NCBI RefSeq assembly: GCF_036321535.1
Contig: NC_087437.1
Coordinates: forward strand, 38,380,001 to 38,444,000
From: Camelus dromedarius
Lineage: Eukaryota
Length of the DNA: 64,000 nucleotides
Direction: 5' to 3'
The position numbers and the translations under genes were made by a program. How positions within the stretch are numbered: position 1 is the first letter of the stretch; each line of letters opens with the position of its first letter. Under the pieces are notes generated by a model. The model saw nothing but the letters and a program-made list of their open reading frames with translations. It had not been told where the DNA came from and did no database searches. Of this stretch, positions 1-11,874 are shown in pieces.

Positions 1-430
1 ATGATGCCCAGGGATTTTAGCTCTACTTAGTGGGACAGATAGGGGAAAGTGTGTCTACTCCATCTTTCCAGAGGTGAAAGTTTAGTCTTTTCACTACTAA
101 GAAGAAACATACAACTTAATACTGTAACAGTTACGTAATTTTTAAGGCATGTGAACATAATGAACACCTGTCAATTCACTACCCGATCCAAGAAGCACAT
201 AAATGCTGTTCCCATTCCCTGGCTCCCGGGTATAAAATAAATTTTGTATTTATTGAATCCTTCCTTTTAGTAGGTTTATCAAGTTTCAACTTATCCATTT
301 AAAAATACTATTATGTTCACACACAAGTACGTATATGTCACTTTTTCAAGCTAATGAGATCATTTCTGCATACTGTTCTATAATTTGCTTATTAAAGTAA
401 CTATATTTTGATATCTTTGCAAGCTCTTAC
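1..430 (-). mobile_element. Degraded ancient L1 (L1MC/L1ME-type) 3' fragment(s)
   Basis: Segments such as 'gggattttagctctacttagtgggacagataggggaaagtgtgtctactccatctttccaga' and 'aattttgtatttattgaatccttcctttt' resemble antisense old-L1 3' UTR sequence. Boundaries are approximate. Confidence 0.4.
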
Positions 431-1435
431 TGCAAAATATTTATTCTGGAACAGTATTATTCTCGTTGAAACACTTGAAATTGAGAGTTAGTATTAATGT
501 ATTATACTTGGCTTTATTCAGCTTGGCAAATGTATTGTTCTTTTTCATTTGACTTTCCCTCATTTAACTTTTTTATATGTACAACAGTCTTTGGAGACAC
601 ATACATAAACCAGATAAAGAATTAGGGTATGCTGGTTTTTGTTCACTGCTCCTCATTTGCTGGGTAAGGCATATTTATCTAGGCATAGTTTTAGCTTGCT
701 TAATATTATTCACATTTACATTCACAGAGCCATAAATTGCATCCTGAAAGGGGTCATGACACTGAACTTATTCCAAATGCCAGTTCTCATTTCAGCATCT
801 CAAACTGTGGTATAAATGAAACAGTATGGATTTCTCACCTGTCAGACTTTTTAAGAGCAAAGTCGAAGAGCACATTCTAGTTAATGAGCACAAAGTTTAA
901 CCAAATAAGTTCATGAAATTCACAGACGGTTTTGTTCAGCTGCTGCTTCTCCATACGCCTGCTAGTTCTTTGTTCCTTTAAATAAAATCTACACTTACAA
1001 GGTGTTCAGAACAGAAGAATGCATCAGAAGCTATGACATAAACTTCCAGTGTTTAGCATTATTAAAAGTGAAAGGATTTATGAATCTTAACTAGCTTTTG
1101 ATTTAATTATAGTGTAGTACCCATAGTTACTTCCAGTAACATAAATCATAGAGCTATATAATTCATCAAACTTTAAAAGTTAGCTAACTTTATAGTAAAA
1201 GTTCATTATGACTAATGTTTAGAGATTGTTTAGGGATAATATACCCTTATAGGTTCTTATATGCTCCTTTTAAACAGAAATATACTTTGCAGCAGGTCTT
1301 AATAAAAGTAGTAAAATATAATATTGGGAAAAAGTAATTTTTCCTATTAAAAACATTATTCAAAAATTCTGTAAATCCACTTAAGAAACATATGTATATA
1401 GAATTCAGCACGTCAGTAACCTTTTAAATATTTTG

Positions 1436-1625
1436 TAAATATTAACTTAGGTCATCTTCATAATAATCTTATGAGGTAGGCACTATTAGGATCTTCATAT
1501 TATAGATGAGGAAATTGAGATACGGAGAGGTTAAGTCATTGCCAAAGGATGCACAGCTAGTTAATAGTAACTAGGAAACAAATCTAACCAGTCTGACTCC
1601 AGAGTTCTCATTCTTTACCATTAAT
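1436..1625 (-). mobile_element. MIR SINE
   Basis: Antisense MIR core: 'tatagatgaggaaattgagatacggagaggttaagtcattgccaaaggatgcacagctag...cagtctgactccagag'. Confidence 0.85.
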
Positions 1626-2757
1626 CTATGCTGTCTCAATTATCCACAGACACACCCCCTTAAATATTGTGGTGATACTAAAATTAAAAAACAGAAATAA
1701 ACTTCTTAATTTTTTAAAACAGTAGAAAAGCAAAGTTCTTAGTAATACATTTTTAAGACTCACATTTTTGTTTCTCTCTCCATCCTGATGCATGAGTTTT
1801 CTACTTCCGTTTAACATCAAATAACCATTACCTTTCTGATTAATACTTGCTAATCTATGCCTTTATCTCTATTAAAATCTGACTATAATTATCTTTCTTG
1901 TTCAACATTTCCTGAATAAAAAATCATTTTTAATAGGTTTTTTTCACATTTCTTCCATATCTTTATCACCTGTGTACATGTATTGGTTAACTTTACTCTT
2001 TAGGTCAATTTGTATGAATGCCTTGGATGTCAATTCTGCTGTTGAGTTAAGAGCGTTCAAGGCAGGCACTGAGTGGAGGGGCCCAGGGCACAGGCAGGCT
2101 CCACAGTCTCACCTAACAATAGCTGGTCATGGTCACAGGGAGAAAAGGGAAGCAGAGCTCATTTTCCCTGCCTGAGGTAGGGGAAAGACAACTTCTCTGT
2201 CAGGTGTCTGCCAAAGTGGCTTTAGTTTTACTGGAGAGAATATACAATCACAACAATGTATTTCAATAACCCGGGGTACGTAGTTTGTTCTTGTTAGGCA
2301 CAGATAAACGTGCTTGGATGATTCACAGCCACACTTTATATTAACCAATCAATGTCAAGTAGTCAATGTTCAAACAAAATCTTTCAACAGTGTAACAAGT
2401 GTATCTGTACTTTAAGCCTGATTTTATAGATTTAGACAAAATCCTGGTGAGTATACTTTAAAAAAGGTTAAATGAGATTAAGCCTCAAAAGAGATTTTTC
2501 CCAGTGTATCTTCCAAACAATATTTCAGTGATTTACATTTGGGAGACAATTAGATGTTTGACACAAATACTATTTGAACCAATAAACAGATGTATAGATA
2601 AGTAAATAAACAGTATATAACTCAGGAATGTTTTTTGTTGTTACCTATTAGCACTTGCCAATAAAATTATATATAGAGAAAAATATGCACTGTTTTGGGC
2701 TAAATGATACAAGGATAAAATGTTCTTCCTTAGATGCTCCTCTCCCTCCCCTCAGGC

Positions 2758-3145
2758 CAATAATTTCTTATTGCTGTTGTCACAGGTTAGCACAAACTGA
2801 GGGGTTTAAACAACACAAAGTATTAACTTTCAGTTCTGGAGGTCAGAAATTCAAAATGAGACTTACAGAGCTAAAAATCAAAGGATCAGCAGGGCTAATT
2901 TCTTCTGGAGGCTCTAGGTGAGAATCTATTTTTTGCTCCTTCTATCTGCTAGAAGCTGTTGGCATTTCCTGGTTCCTGGCCACATCACTCCAATTTCCCT
3001 TCTCCTGCCTCCTGTTTATAAAGACCTTGTGATTGCAGTGAGTGCCTAGCCTCCCCATCTCAAAATCCTTAATGACACCTACAGAACCCCTTCCACAGGG
3101 TCCAGGAGTCATCTTTGGGGAGCCATTATTCATTTAGCCTATCCC
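2758..3145 (-). mobile_element. MaLR solo LTR (MLT1C/D-like)
   Basis: Antisense MLT1 hallmarks: 'ttattgctgttgtcaca', 'cagttctggaggtcagaaattcaaaatg', 'ttcttctggaggctctaggtgagaatc', 'ctccccatctcaaaatccttaat'. Confidence 0.85.
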
Positions 3146-3554
3146 TTTGCCCACCAAAAAGTACTCAAAACCATGTGTTTCCAGCATGCTGATGCTCACT
3201 AACAATCATGGGTAATTAATTGTTTATCCCTCAATCAAAGAAAAATCTTTAGGAATCCAGAGTTTTCCAGGTTAGTTAGGCTCTCTCATACTAACTACAG
3301 TTGTAGACATGACTCAACTACCATTGAGCACTTCACTTTTGCCCCTTAACAATATTGGGCAAGTTATTAGTTGTAGAGAAACATCTCAGGAAGACTTAAG
3401 TAGAATAAAATCAAATAAAGGCAGCTGGCATGGGAAATGGATATTAAAAAAATAGGACAATGAGGAATATCAGTGGAATAGACCCTTTTGATTGTATTTT
3501 GATATGAAGTGGAATCATGGTGTGATCCTTCAAGGATATGAAAACATTTTGTTG

Positions 3555-3975
3555 GTGTATTACTCAGGAATATATTTAGGTGCATGTCACAAAAACCTGT
3601 AAGGTCTTAAACAAATAAGGATTATATTTTCCTTACTTAAAAAGTGATCTGGAAGTGGAAAATTCAGTGTTGGCTGGACAGCTCCTTCTGTCTCTGTTCT
3701 CTGCAATAACATGTATTTTTCACAAATGTTGTTCCACCTCCAGGTAGCCTACCTGCATTTCAGAGATTAGACAGAAAGAAAAGAACAAGAGTTAAACAGG
3801 TGATGCCCACACCTGTCCCTTGTTATCAGGAACACAAAAACTGTCCCTGAAGCCCACATGCACAACTCTTGTGTTACATTTGCAAGACTGTCACATGGTC
3901 ACTCTGAGATATGACAGAGCGTAGGAAGTAGCTGGGCACACTACTTTCTTCAAAGAGATCAGATTTCGACCAGGC
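3555..3975 (-). mobile_element. Old MaLR LTR (MLT1J/K/L-like)
   Basis: 'cttaaacaaataagg...', 'ctccaggtagcctacctgcatttcag' and 'gactgtcacatggtcactc' resemble degraded MLT1J/K/L sequence. Confidence 0.55.
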
Positions 3976-4067
3976 CACTACCAATGTCTGTCAGTTTGTT
4001 AATAGTTTTCTTATATAACTGTTTTCTCATACAGTTCATAATCAAGCCTGTGGTTCTTATGAAAAGA

Positions 4068-4491
4068 TGTCAGGAATAACTGAGATGTGACCTGAGGGTC
4101 TCCATGTTTGCTATCCACACTGGACTTTTGCTGAACATTCTAAGTTAAAATTGCTGAATATTGGCTGAGTAGCCAAAAGGAAAGAACAATCCCGAGGACT
4201 GTACTTTGTCTGAACTAAGGAAACCATACATTTCCCAAGTAACAGATGTGATGGGCTGGATAACCCGATCATGTATAGAGAGCAAATTTACCCTCCAAAC
4301 CAAATTCTTGGAAAACACTGTGCAAGTCTGCATGAACTTTCTCCTTTTCCCCATAAAAACCCCTACCTATTTTCCTCTGATGGGGTACTATTCTGAGATC
4401 CTCTGAAATCTGTGATCCCCTAATTACAATTCTAAAACTCCAAATAAACTTCATTTCGCTTCTCTATAGTCCATAGGCGTTCCAGTTGACA
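4068..4491 (+). mobile_element. Ancient ERV solo LTR (ERV1-like, ~424 bp)
   Basis: Inverted termini TGTCA...TGACA, a TATA-like 'cataaaaaccc' at about 4352, and AATAAA at 4443-4448 followed by a short U5-like tail. No TSD is preserved. Confidence 0.65.
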
Positions 4492-4529
4492 TTTTTCAAG
4501 ATAATTTTATTTTAATAAAAAAGGATTTT

Positions 4530-4685
4530 TAAATCACCTGGGAAGCCTGATCAAAATACCGATGACCCCCAGCTTCCTCATTATGATTATGGCATTATGG
4601 GATACATTGTGGGCATAAACAGATATTCTGGAGAGAAATTCCTTATTTCTCTCCGCTTTCCCTCAACATTTGAGAACTATCACAC
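4530..4685. mobile_element. MER5-like hAT-Charlie MITE
   Basis: 'aatcacctgggaagcctgatcaaaatac' and the terminal 'tttgagaactatc' resemble MER5A. Confidence 0.55.
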
Positions 4686-5442
4686 TATGCACATAATAAA
4701 CAATGAACCTCCCACAAGCAATGCACTGGAAGTATATCTTTGTACAAAGATTGCCCATCCAGGAAATTGTCCATGAGAAAAATTAAGGAGAGGTATTTCC
4801 TACTCCACTTTCGGTATTGCTGCTTAACTGAAAACTACAGGTGAGAAATAGCTAATTAATGAGATCTAGAAGATGTAGGGTACAGGTGCTCAAAACACAT
4901 TACTCAATAGGAGATGATTCTTTTAAACTAAGAAAAACTCTTATGAAAGATAATCATTTAGAAGAAATACCGGCTTACACTGATTTACACACCTGTACTG
5001 AGAAAGACGACTACTAATTATTGTCACTTTTATTTCCTCAAATTTAATGTTTGGAAAAAAAACAGCAGTCTATTTTACTGCATATTATATTTATGAAGGA
5101 TAATTTACAATTCTTGTTCAGGAAAAGCATGACACCTTGCAAATCGTAACATATTTTTGGTTATACATATATTTTACCTACAATATTTTCCCTGATTAAA
5201 AACAAAACAAAAAAAAAGCTTGACACATTCCCTTACTAAACTTTTGCTGAAATAACAGGAACTATCTTAATTTCGTCCTCTAATTATCTCAGTAATTTCA
5301 TGGTGTTTCACATAGAAATTAATTATTCAATTAATAATTTTATTTAATATGGTCTGTAAAAAATTGTGGAGGGTAACAAAGCAAATGTTTCTTTTCCTTA
5401 AACAAAACAATTTAAAGTATCTTCATTTATTTTTTTCACTAG

Positions 5443-5521
5443 AAACTACAGAGTAGGCAAACTTTTGAGACAATGCTACAGCTTTGCAATGATTTCCACT
5501 GGCTTGCCGAGAAGGGAAAGG
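5443..5521 (+). other. Candidate 79-nt internal exon of an unidentified transcript
   Basis: Strong acceptor 'tcttcatttatttttttcactag|' and strong donor 'AGG|gtaagc'. Frame 0 is open (KLQSRQTFETMLQLCNDFHWLAEKGK). No homology recognised. Confidence 0.25.
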
Positions 5522-5531
5522 GTAAGCAGGA

Positions 5532-5573
5532 GGAAACTGAAACTATAAGGTTGGAAACTGAAACTATAAGGTT
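5532..5573. repeat. Perfect 21-bp tandem duplication, each unit containing a consensus ISRE/IRF motif
   Basis: GGAAACTGAAACTATAAGGTT occurs twice (5532-5552, 5553-5573). GAAACTGAAACT is the reverse complement of AGTTTCAGTTTC. Confidence 0.9.
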
Positions 5574-6088
5574 CACGGTGGAGCAAAGTAAATCTGATCT
5601 GGAATAATGAAATTTTCATGGCATCAAGAAGATGGCTTCTGTATTTCCAAAACTTTAGTAAGGCACTTTCTTATTTTAACAGTCTTGTTGTCATCAATGG
5701 GGAGATAATCGTTAAAGCCATTGATTTTTATATCATTAAACATTTAAAAATTCTCATTTACTAGAATAACTGTGTATGAACAAATAACATAATGGACTGG
5801 AATGGATATATTATATCATATTAGAACATTACAGGAGATATACAAATATTTTAGAATTAAGGTTTCAGAAGTTGACAGTGGTCTAGGAAGGGGTCTCTTT
5901 TGTTTATTTGTGTTCTCTAGTTTTGCATTCCTTCTGAGGGGAACTGCCTGCACAATATCTTCAAGAGGGAGTAGTTTATATTTGCATTTACACACATGTA
6001 ACTAGAATATGACTCCATTACCAGGCTAAAGCTAATTTTAACCAAAACTAGTCAGTGGATATCTACATATATATGTATTGAATACAGA

Positions 6089-6111
6089 ATATATATATAT
6101 ATATATATATA
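6089..6111. repeat. (AT)n microsatellite
   Basis: Uninterrupted AT dinucleotide run. Confidence 0.95.
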
Positions 6112-7671
6112 CTCATTGAATATAAAAATACATATATATTCTAAATATAGAATTATATACACTGACCATCTGCCTAAGAAGTGGTCTGATCAAAAATTAA
6201 TCAAAAATGTGATAATAACTGAATTTAACTAATTATATTGTCTTGCACGTCAAATCAGTTTAATGGTAGAGTACTAAGTTTGCAATAATGGCTTTCAAGA
6301 TTCTGTGGGAACAACTATTGTTCTTCAAAAGTTAATCAGTAGAGCTGTTATTAACATGCTAGAACTATTGCTGTGTTATAATATTATAGACTCTGTGAGA
6401 CTTAACCAAAAACTCAAGTTTCTGTATGTACCCATATCCTTAACCTACATTTCTAGAAATAAATGTTTCTTGCAAACAGGAAGTATACAAAAGCAGTCAA
6501 ATATATGTTGCTGTAGCAAATCCCAATTATGTAGTGACTTTTCAGGGTTTGATAGTAGTTTAGAAAAAGGCAGATGATGTAGAAATTCTGTGCATAGATT
6601 TAAGTAATGGAAAGTTTCTTGCCATATATTTGAGAATGCCTGTGTCCAGAAGTGTTCTAGTCCCGAGACATAAGCTTGATAATAGTCCCCGACCACTGTA
6701 TCTATACAGTACATTAAATAAAAAAATCACGTGGAAGCTGAGAATTATTTTCACACATTCTATATTGTTAAGCTTCTTGATAGAAGAAAAATACAAAAGA
6801 CTGATTTTGAATTATGACATGAAGAGGCTGAGCCTCCCAGTAGAACTCACACAGTCGGGGACCTCTCGCTTTCCTGTTTATTACCAATGATGCTGGTTTA
6901 CATGACCCTTTTATGTAGAAGCAGGAGGTGATCTGGGATTTTAAAATGTGAATTATAGTTCCATTGTACTTCCACTAAATTATGAACCAGGGAATTATTT
7001 AATATTATTGGAGTCGTTCACTCAGAAGCTGATTATATGTTCTCTGTGGTGCGTTAATGAAGTATGGGATTTTTTTGCATCAGGACAACTTAAATGTCAC
7101 TCTGAGAATTCCTTTCCAGGTAAATTGCATATTTCACAGTTTGGTAGAAAGAATTTTAATATGAAGAAAATGTTATTGACACTAAAAAAACAAAGGGGTA
7201 TTATAATTTCTTAACTTATTCTCAGACTTTGGAAATATAATTAAATAATTTGTGACTAATTTAATTTTAGTGGCTATAATATGAGAGGAGCGTATAAGGC
7301 ACATTTTTCAGAACTGAGTGTGGGGAGGGGTGATTATACTTAAAAAAAAATTAAAGATCTGGGTACAGTAAAAGATCTGGATACAATAAAACTTGATCGT
7401 ACTCTAGTTTACAACCTAGTACAGCTCAACAGAAAAACTGAGAGCTGATTTGCACATAATCTAGTAAGATACCCTTTCTATTCTTCCTGCTTAGTTGTAC
7501 TGTGTCTCCATGCTACAACATGTAGCATTTTTCTCCCCACTCTGATTCTTTTTGTTCTTTACACAATTCTATCATTACACTGATGATGCTAATTACAGTA
7601 TGACTGGTATTATTATACCTGGAATTTTTACTATACCAGGCAGTTTGCTAAGTCAATCAATCCAATGCAAT

Positions 7672-7895
7672 AGGCATCAATAGAATGGTTAACTGGATTG
7701 ACTCTGCAGTCAGATGCACGTACTCTATTTTCTGCTCTACCAGTGATAAATTATGTGACATTATCATCTACCTTTCTATGTATTTGTTATCAATAAAATA
7801 AAATAACAATAATATGTACTATTAAGACTGCTGTGAGAATTAAATGAGTGCGTGGCACATGATAACCAATTCATAAATTACAGATGTTGTTATTA
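7672..7895 (+). mobile_element. MIR SINE
   Basis: 'aatggttaactggattgactctgcagtcaga', 'ctgctgtgagaattaaatgag' and 'gtggcacat' fit the MIR 5' region and its L2-derived tail. Confidence 0.7.
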
Positions 7896-9439
7896 ATACA
7901 ATTAGGAACATTTTAGAGATTTTTTTAAATACAATTAGCTCCATTTTAGAGCCTTAGCTCCACTACGGCTTAAAAATGTAAAGCAATTTGTTAATGACAA
8001 ATAGTTTTACACAGGTTTGTGTACTTTACACAGGGTTTGGATCTAGGTCTTCTTTCTGACATCAGAACCACACTTTCAAATACGATGGCTGTACTGTCTA
8101 ATATCACTAATCTAGTTTTCTCAAATATTTTCAATACTTTAACCTTTTATACATTAATAAACCTAAACTCTATATAAAAATACAATGTTTTGACTGAATA
8201 TAATTGAAGATGGAAACAATATGCTTTATGCTGGGTATGGTAAATGTTGACCAATACTGTAAGTAAATAGATGAAGAAGATATGATCTTCATATACTGAG
8301 AAACACCCCTTCGCTAGCATATATGCACACTGAAATATTTCTTGCCAGAATAAGGAAATAACCTTATGAACAGATGTATGTGCTCCTAGCATAAATTGAA
8401 GAATGAATGTGAATTAGAAATTGCGAATTGTAAGATGGAAGAAGCATGAGAACTGATACTTATGGGGAAATAAAACTAACAATTACTGACAGTACTGTGG
8501 CTCTACATGTTCATCCTGATGTTAATTATCAAATCATCCTACAAGTCATTATGATTTCTGTTTTAGAAGTAATAAAACTGATATTCATAGATGTGGGGTA
8601 CTTTGCTAAACATGATAGTAATGGAACAAAAGGTTAAGACAGATCAACAAAAGAAAAAAAGAGAAAAAAAGAAAATTTAGTTAAAATATATATGACTGTT
8701 GGAATTTAAGCCTGAAGGTCATATAGAATGGTATTCTAACATCTGGTGACTATTTTAATTAAACATCTCCCAGATGCACTGTTCGACGGTTTTGGATAAT
8801 ACCATTATCAGCACCAAACCAGTGATGGGCTCCATTTCCCCAGTATCACTTAGTGGCCTCTGATTCAGTAGGCATTTCACTTATCTTAATGTTCAATCCT
8901 TATATATTTACTGAATTTTGATTGTGTTTTTAAGCAGAAATTGTTCCATACGGTTAACTTGATCTGTTTTGGGGACTCGCAAATTAGTTACTAAAAACAA
9001 TAAAACTTACTGGGATAGAATCAGTCCAAGCTGATCTTGGTCAAATTCACCAAATAATAGTAGGAGGCCAGTAGGTGTACTTGTGCTAGATAAGCCCCAT
9101 CTATGAAGCATGATAATCACAAGGAGTTTGGGGGTATGAAAGCATTGTCTCCAGCTCCTCAGTGGAAAAGTCATTTAGCAGAAATGTAGGGGCCAGCTAA
9201 CACCCCTTGAGAGAGTCCCTGGAAGCCAGTTTTATTTGCTTTGATTGAAAGATGGAATGAAGCAAGCATAGGACTGTAGAAAATAAGTTTATGTTGTTAA
9301 ATACATTCCTTCAGTTTTGGGAGACAATATCTATTTTATACTAAGGACAAAACTACTATTGTAAGAAATGGGGGTATGAAAGGGAGGATGGGTTTCAAAT
9401 TATATAGGAGGATATTCAAGGCATGATGATCACCTATAG

Positions 9440-9535
9440 AACTATCTCTAAAATAGAGATGACAGTTACTTATCATAGGATTGTCCAAGAGATTAACTTA
9501 GATCACATATTAGGATAGTATCCACCACATAATAC
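9440..9535 (+). mobile_element. MIR fragment
   Basis: 'atctctaaaatagagatgacagttacttatcataggattgtccaagagattaac' resembles the MIR core. Confidence 0.55.
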
Positions 9536-10439
9536 AAACTGAAATTTGATTGTGCTCTCCTCTTTTAAACTCTCAAACATGCAAAGATAAAACCCCCATT
9601 GATGGATTAAGTTACTATATCAAGTGTCCCTCAAGGAGTATCAGTAGAAACGTAATTTTTAAACATTCCTGTCTTTTGTGGTCTGCTTTTAGTAATATCT
9701 CTTTGCAAAGCCAGGGTTCTTGACAGGAAGTATGTGTGCACTTTGGGAGCTGGAGACTCCAAATTAAAATGTAAATCTTCTTTTCAGTAAAACTTGCAAG
9801 TTCTGTAGGCAGTAATGGCATGCTGACTTTAGGCAATATGGTTCAATTTATTGTGCTGCCACAGATAGTCCTTACAATTGGGATCCATTCCCACAAACAA
9901 AATGCCTGAGCTGAAGCCTAGGAGGGTAGGGAGAAACACAACAGGGAGCCTTACTTTCTTCTCTATTTCCTGATTTGAAGTCAGTTTCAAGTGAGTAGAT
10001 TAGAGGTTCAGAGATACCCCACTGGCTAAGATCCTCATTGAGGTCATACTTTAAAACAGATAATTTGTATCAATTGCATAATAAAAATAAAAAGCTACCC
10101 ATCTTTATATTATAAAATGTAAATATGATAATACGTTTGGAAGACAGTGGATAACTTTTAGTTAAGTCAAAAACTTTCTGTATTTTTTTAACGTGGCTTA
10201 AAATTTTTGATCTCAAGTATCTTACAGTATATATGTATTCCTTTCTTTTCCATCTGTGCATGTCCATTTCCTTAACCATTTTTATTCTTATCAAACTCAA
10301 AAATATCTTTAAGAATCTGTATAGCAATCTAATGTCTTATTTTCAGTCTGTTCATGTTTTAACAAACCCATGGAACTTGGCTTGTGTTTAATTGGCATAT
10401 AGGCATATTTTATATTTTTATTATATATTATTTTCTATA

Positions 10440-10546
10440 TAATTTATTCAACATATTAATTAATTAGATATTTACTCTATTAAATGTGAGGAAGACAAAG
10501 ATGACTGAAGCATTAGACTGTACTTTGTAGGAATTCATAGTTTAGT
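10440..10546 (-). mobile_element. L2 3' end fragment
   Basis: 'atttattcaacatatt...gacaaagatgactgaag...ggaattcatagtttagt' resembles the antisense L2 3' end. Confidence 0.5.
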
Positions 10547-10547
10547 A

Positions 10548-10844
10548 TATCACTGTTCAATTAAAAATATATTAAAAGTCACATAGGTAATTTTAAACTT
10601 CCTAGTGGTAACTTTAAAAAAGTAAAATAAATTAATTTTATAATTTATATTACTATATGTCAAATATTTCAGAAAGTAATCAATGCAAGAATTTACTGAG
10701 CTATTTTATATTTCTTTTTTCATTCTTAGTGTTGGAAAACTGGTATGAGTTTTCTAATTAACAGTACATCTCAATTTGGGCTACCCACATTTCAAGTGTT
10801 CAAAAGCCACAAGGAGCTAGTGGTTACTGTGCTGGACAGTGCAG
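10548..10844. mobile_element. MER33 hAT-Charlie DNA transposon
   Basis: 'gtaattttaaacttcctagtggt', 'acatctcaatttgggctacccacatttcaagtgttcaaaagccaca' and the terminus 'ggacagtgcag' match MER33. Confidence 0.85.
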
Positions 10845-11664
10845 GTCAAATGGTTCAATAAAGATACATGTAAATGATACAAATGAACTTTGAATGAGTT
10901 ATTTTGAAGAATGCTAATGGTATATTGTGGGGAAGATTTTAAAACAAGTTTATAGTGGAGAGATCTTTCAGTAGAATAAGCATGCCAGTATCGTAAGTGT
11001 TTTCTTATATAGTCATGGAGTAAGATGGCCAGTAATAAAATGGAATCAGCTTTTAGTTATTTAATTCACTTCCGCAGCTGCAGATGCAGAAATGCTGAGT
11101 CATAAACTGAAATAAGCCAGAATTTAGAAACACGAACTTATACCTTAGCTTTTCAGAAACTTAACAATGGGAGAGTCAAACAGGCACAATCATGAGCAGT
11201 CATAAAATGGAGAAAATCCCGTTCGACAGAACTCCAAGGTATTTGGGACAATACATCGGCTTTAGGGGACTACTTTCCTCCAGGGAACGCTCCGGCTACG
11301 GGGAAAGTGAGCACTAAGTATGTCCATCCTCCACGACTCTCATTCTAAGACTAGGTGTTCTTCCTAATGAAATTATCTGACACGTATTCTGAGGCTCAAA
11401 GAGCATACTGCACAAATGGAGATAATTATCAATTCTAATTTTTATATATTAACGTGTAAACTTTTCAGTTTATGTATTTTTGGAGCTACTCAGCTTTATC
11501 CTTCCATTGGAAAACCTGTCTTTGACAAATATTTTAATAGGATAACATTTGTCAAACAATCTGTCTTTTTGTATGATTCTTTTGAATATTCACTAGATGG
11601 TTCAAAATATTAGTGCTTAATTTCACTCAATTCTGGTATAGATGATACATTTATCCAATAAAAA

Positions 11665-11874
11665 CAGAGTTTCTCAACTTCAGTATAATTGATATTTCGG
11701 AATAATTAATTATTTTTGAGGGCCTTTTAAGTACACTATAGGATGTCTAGCCATGTACTCAGCCTTTACACACTAGATGGCAGTAACACAATCCAGGCTG
11801 TAGCGTCAAAAACACCTCCAAGCCGCAGCTAAATGTTCCCTGCGGAACAAAATCACCTATGTTTGAGAACCATG
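11665..11874 (+). mobile_element. MER20 hAT-Charlie DNA transposon
   Basis: Termini 'cagagtttctcaac' and 'tttgagaaccatg', internal 'cactagatggcagta', and 8-bp flanks aataaaaa/tataaaaa (7/8 identical, the hAT TSD length). Confidence 0.88.
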
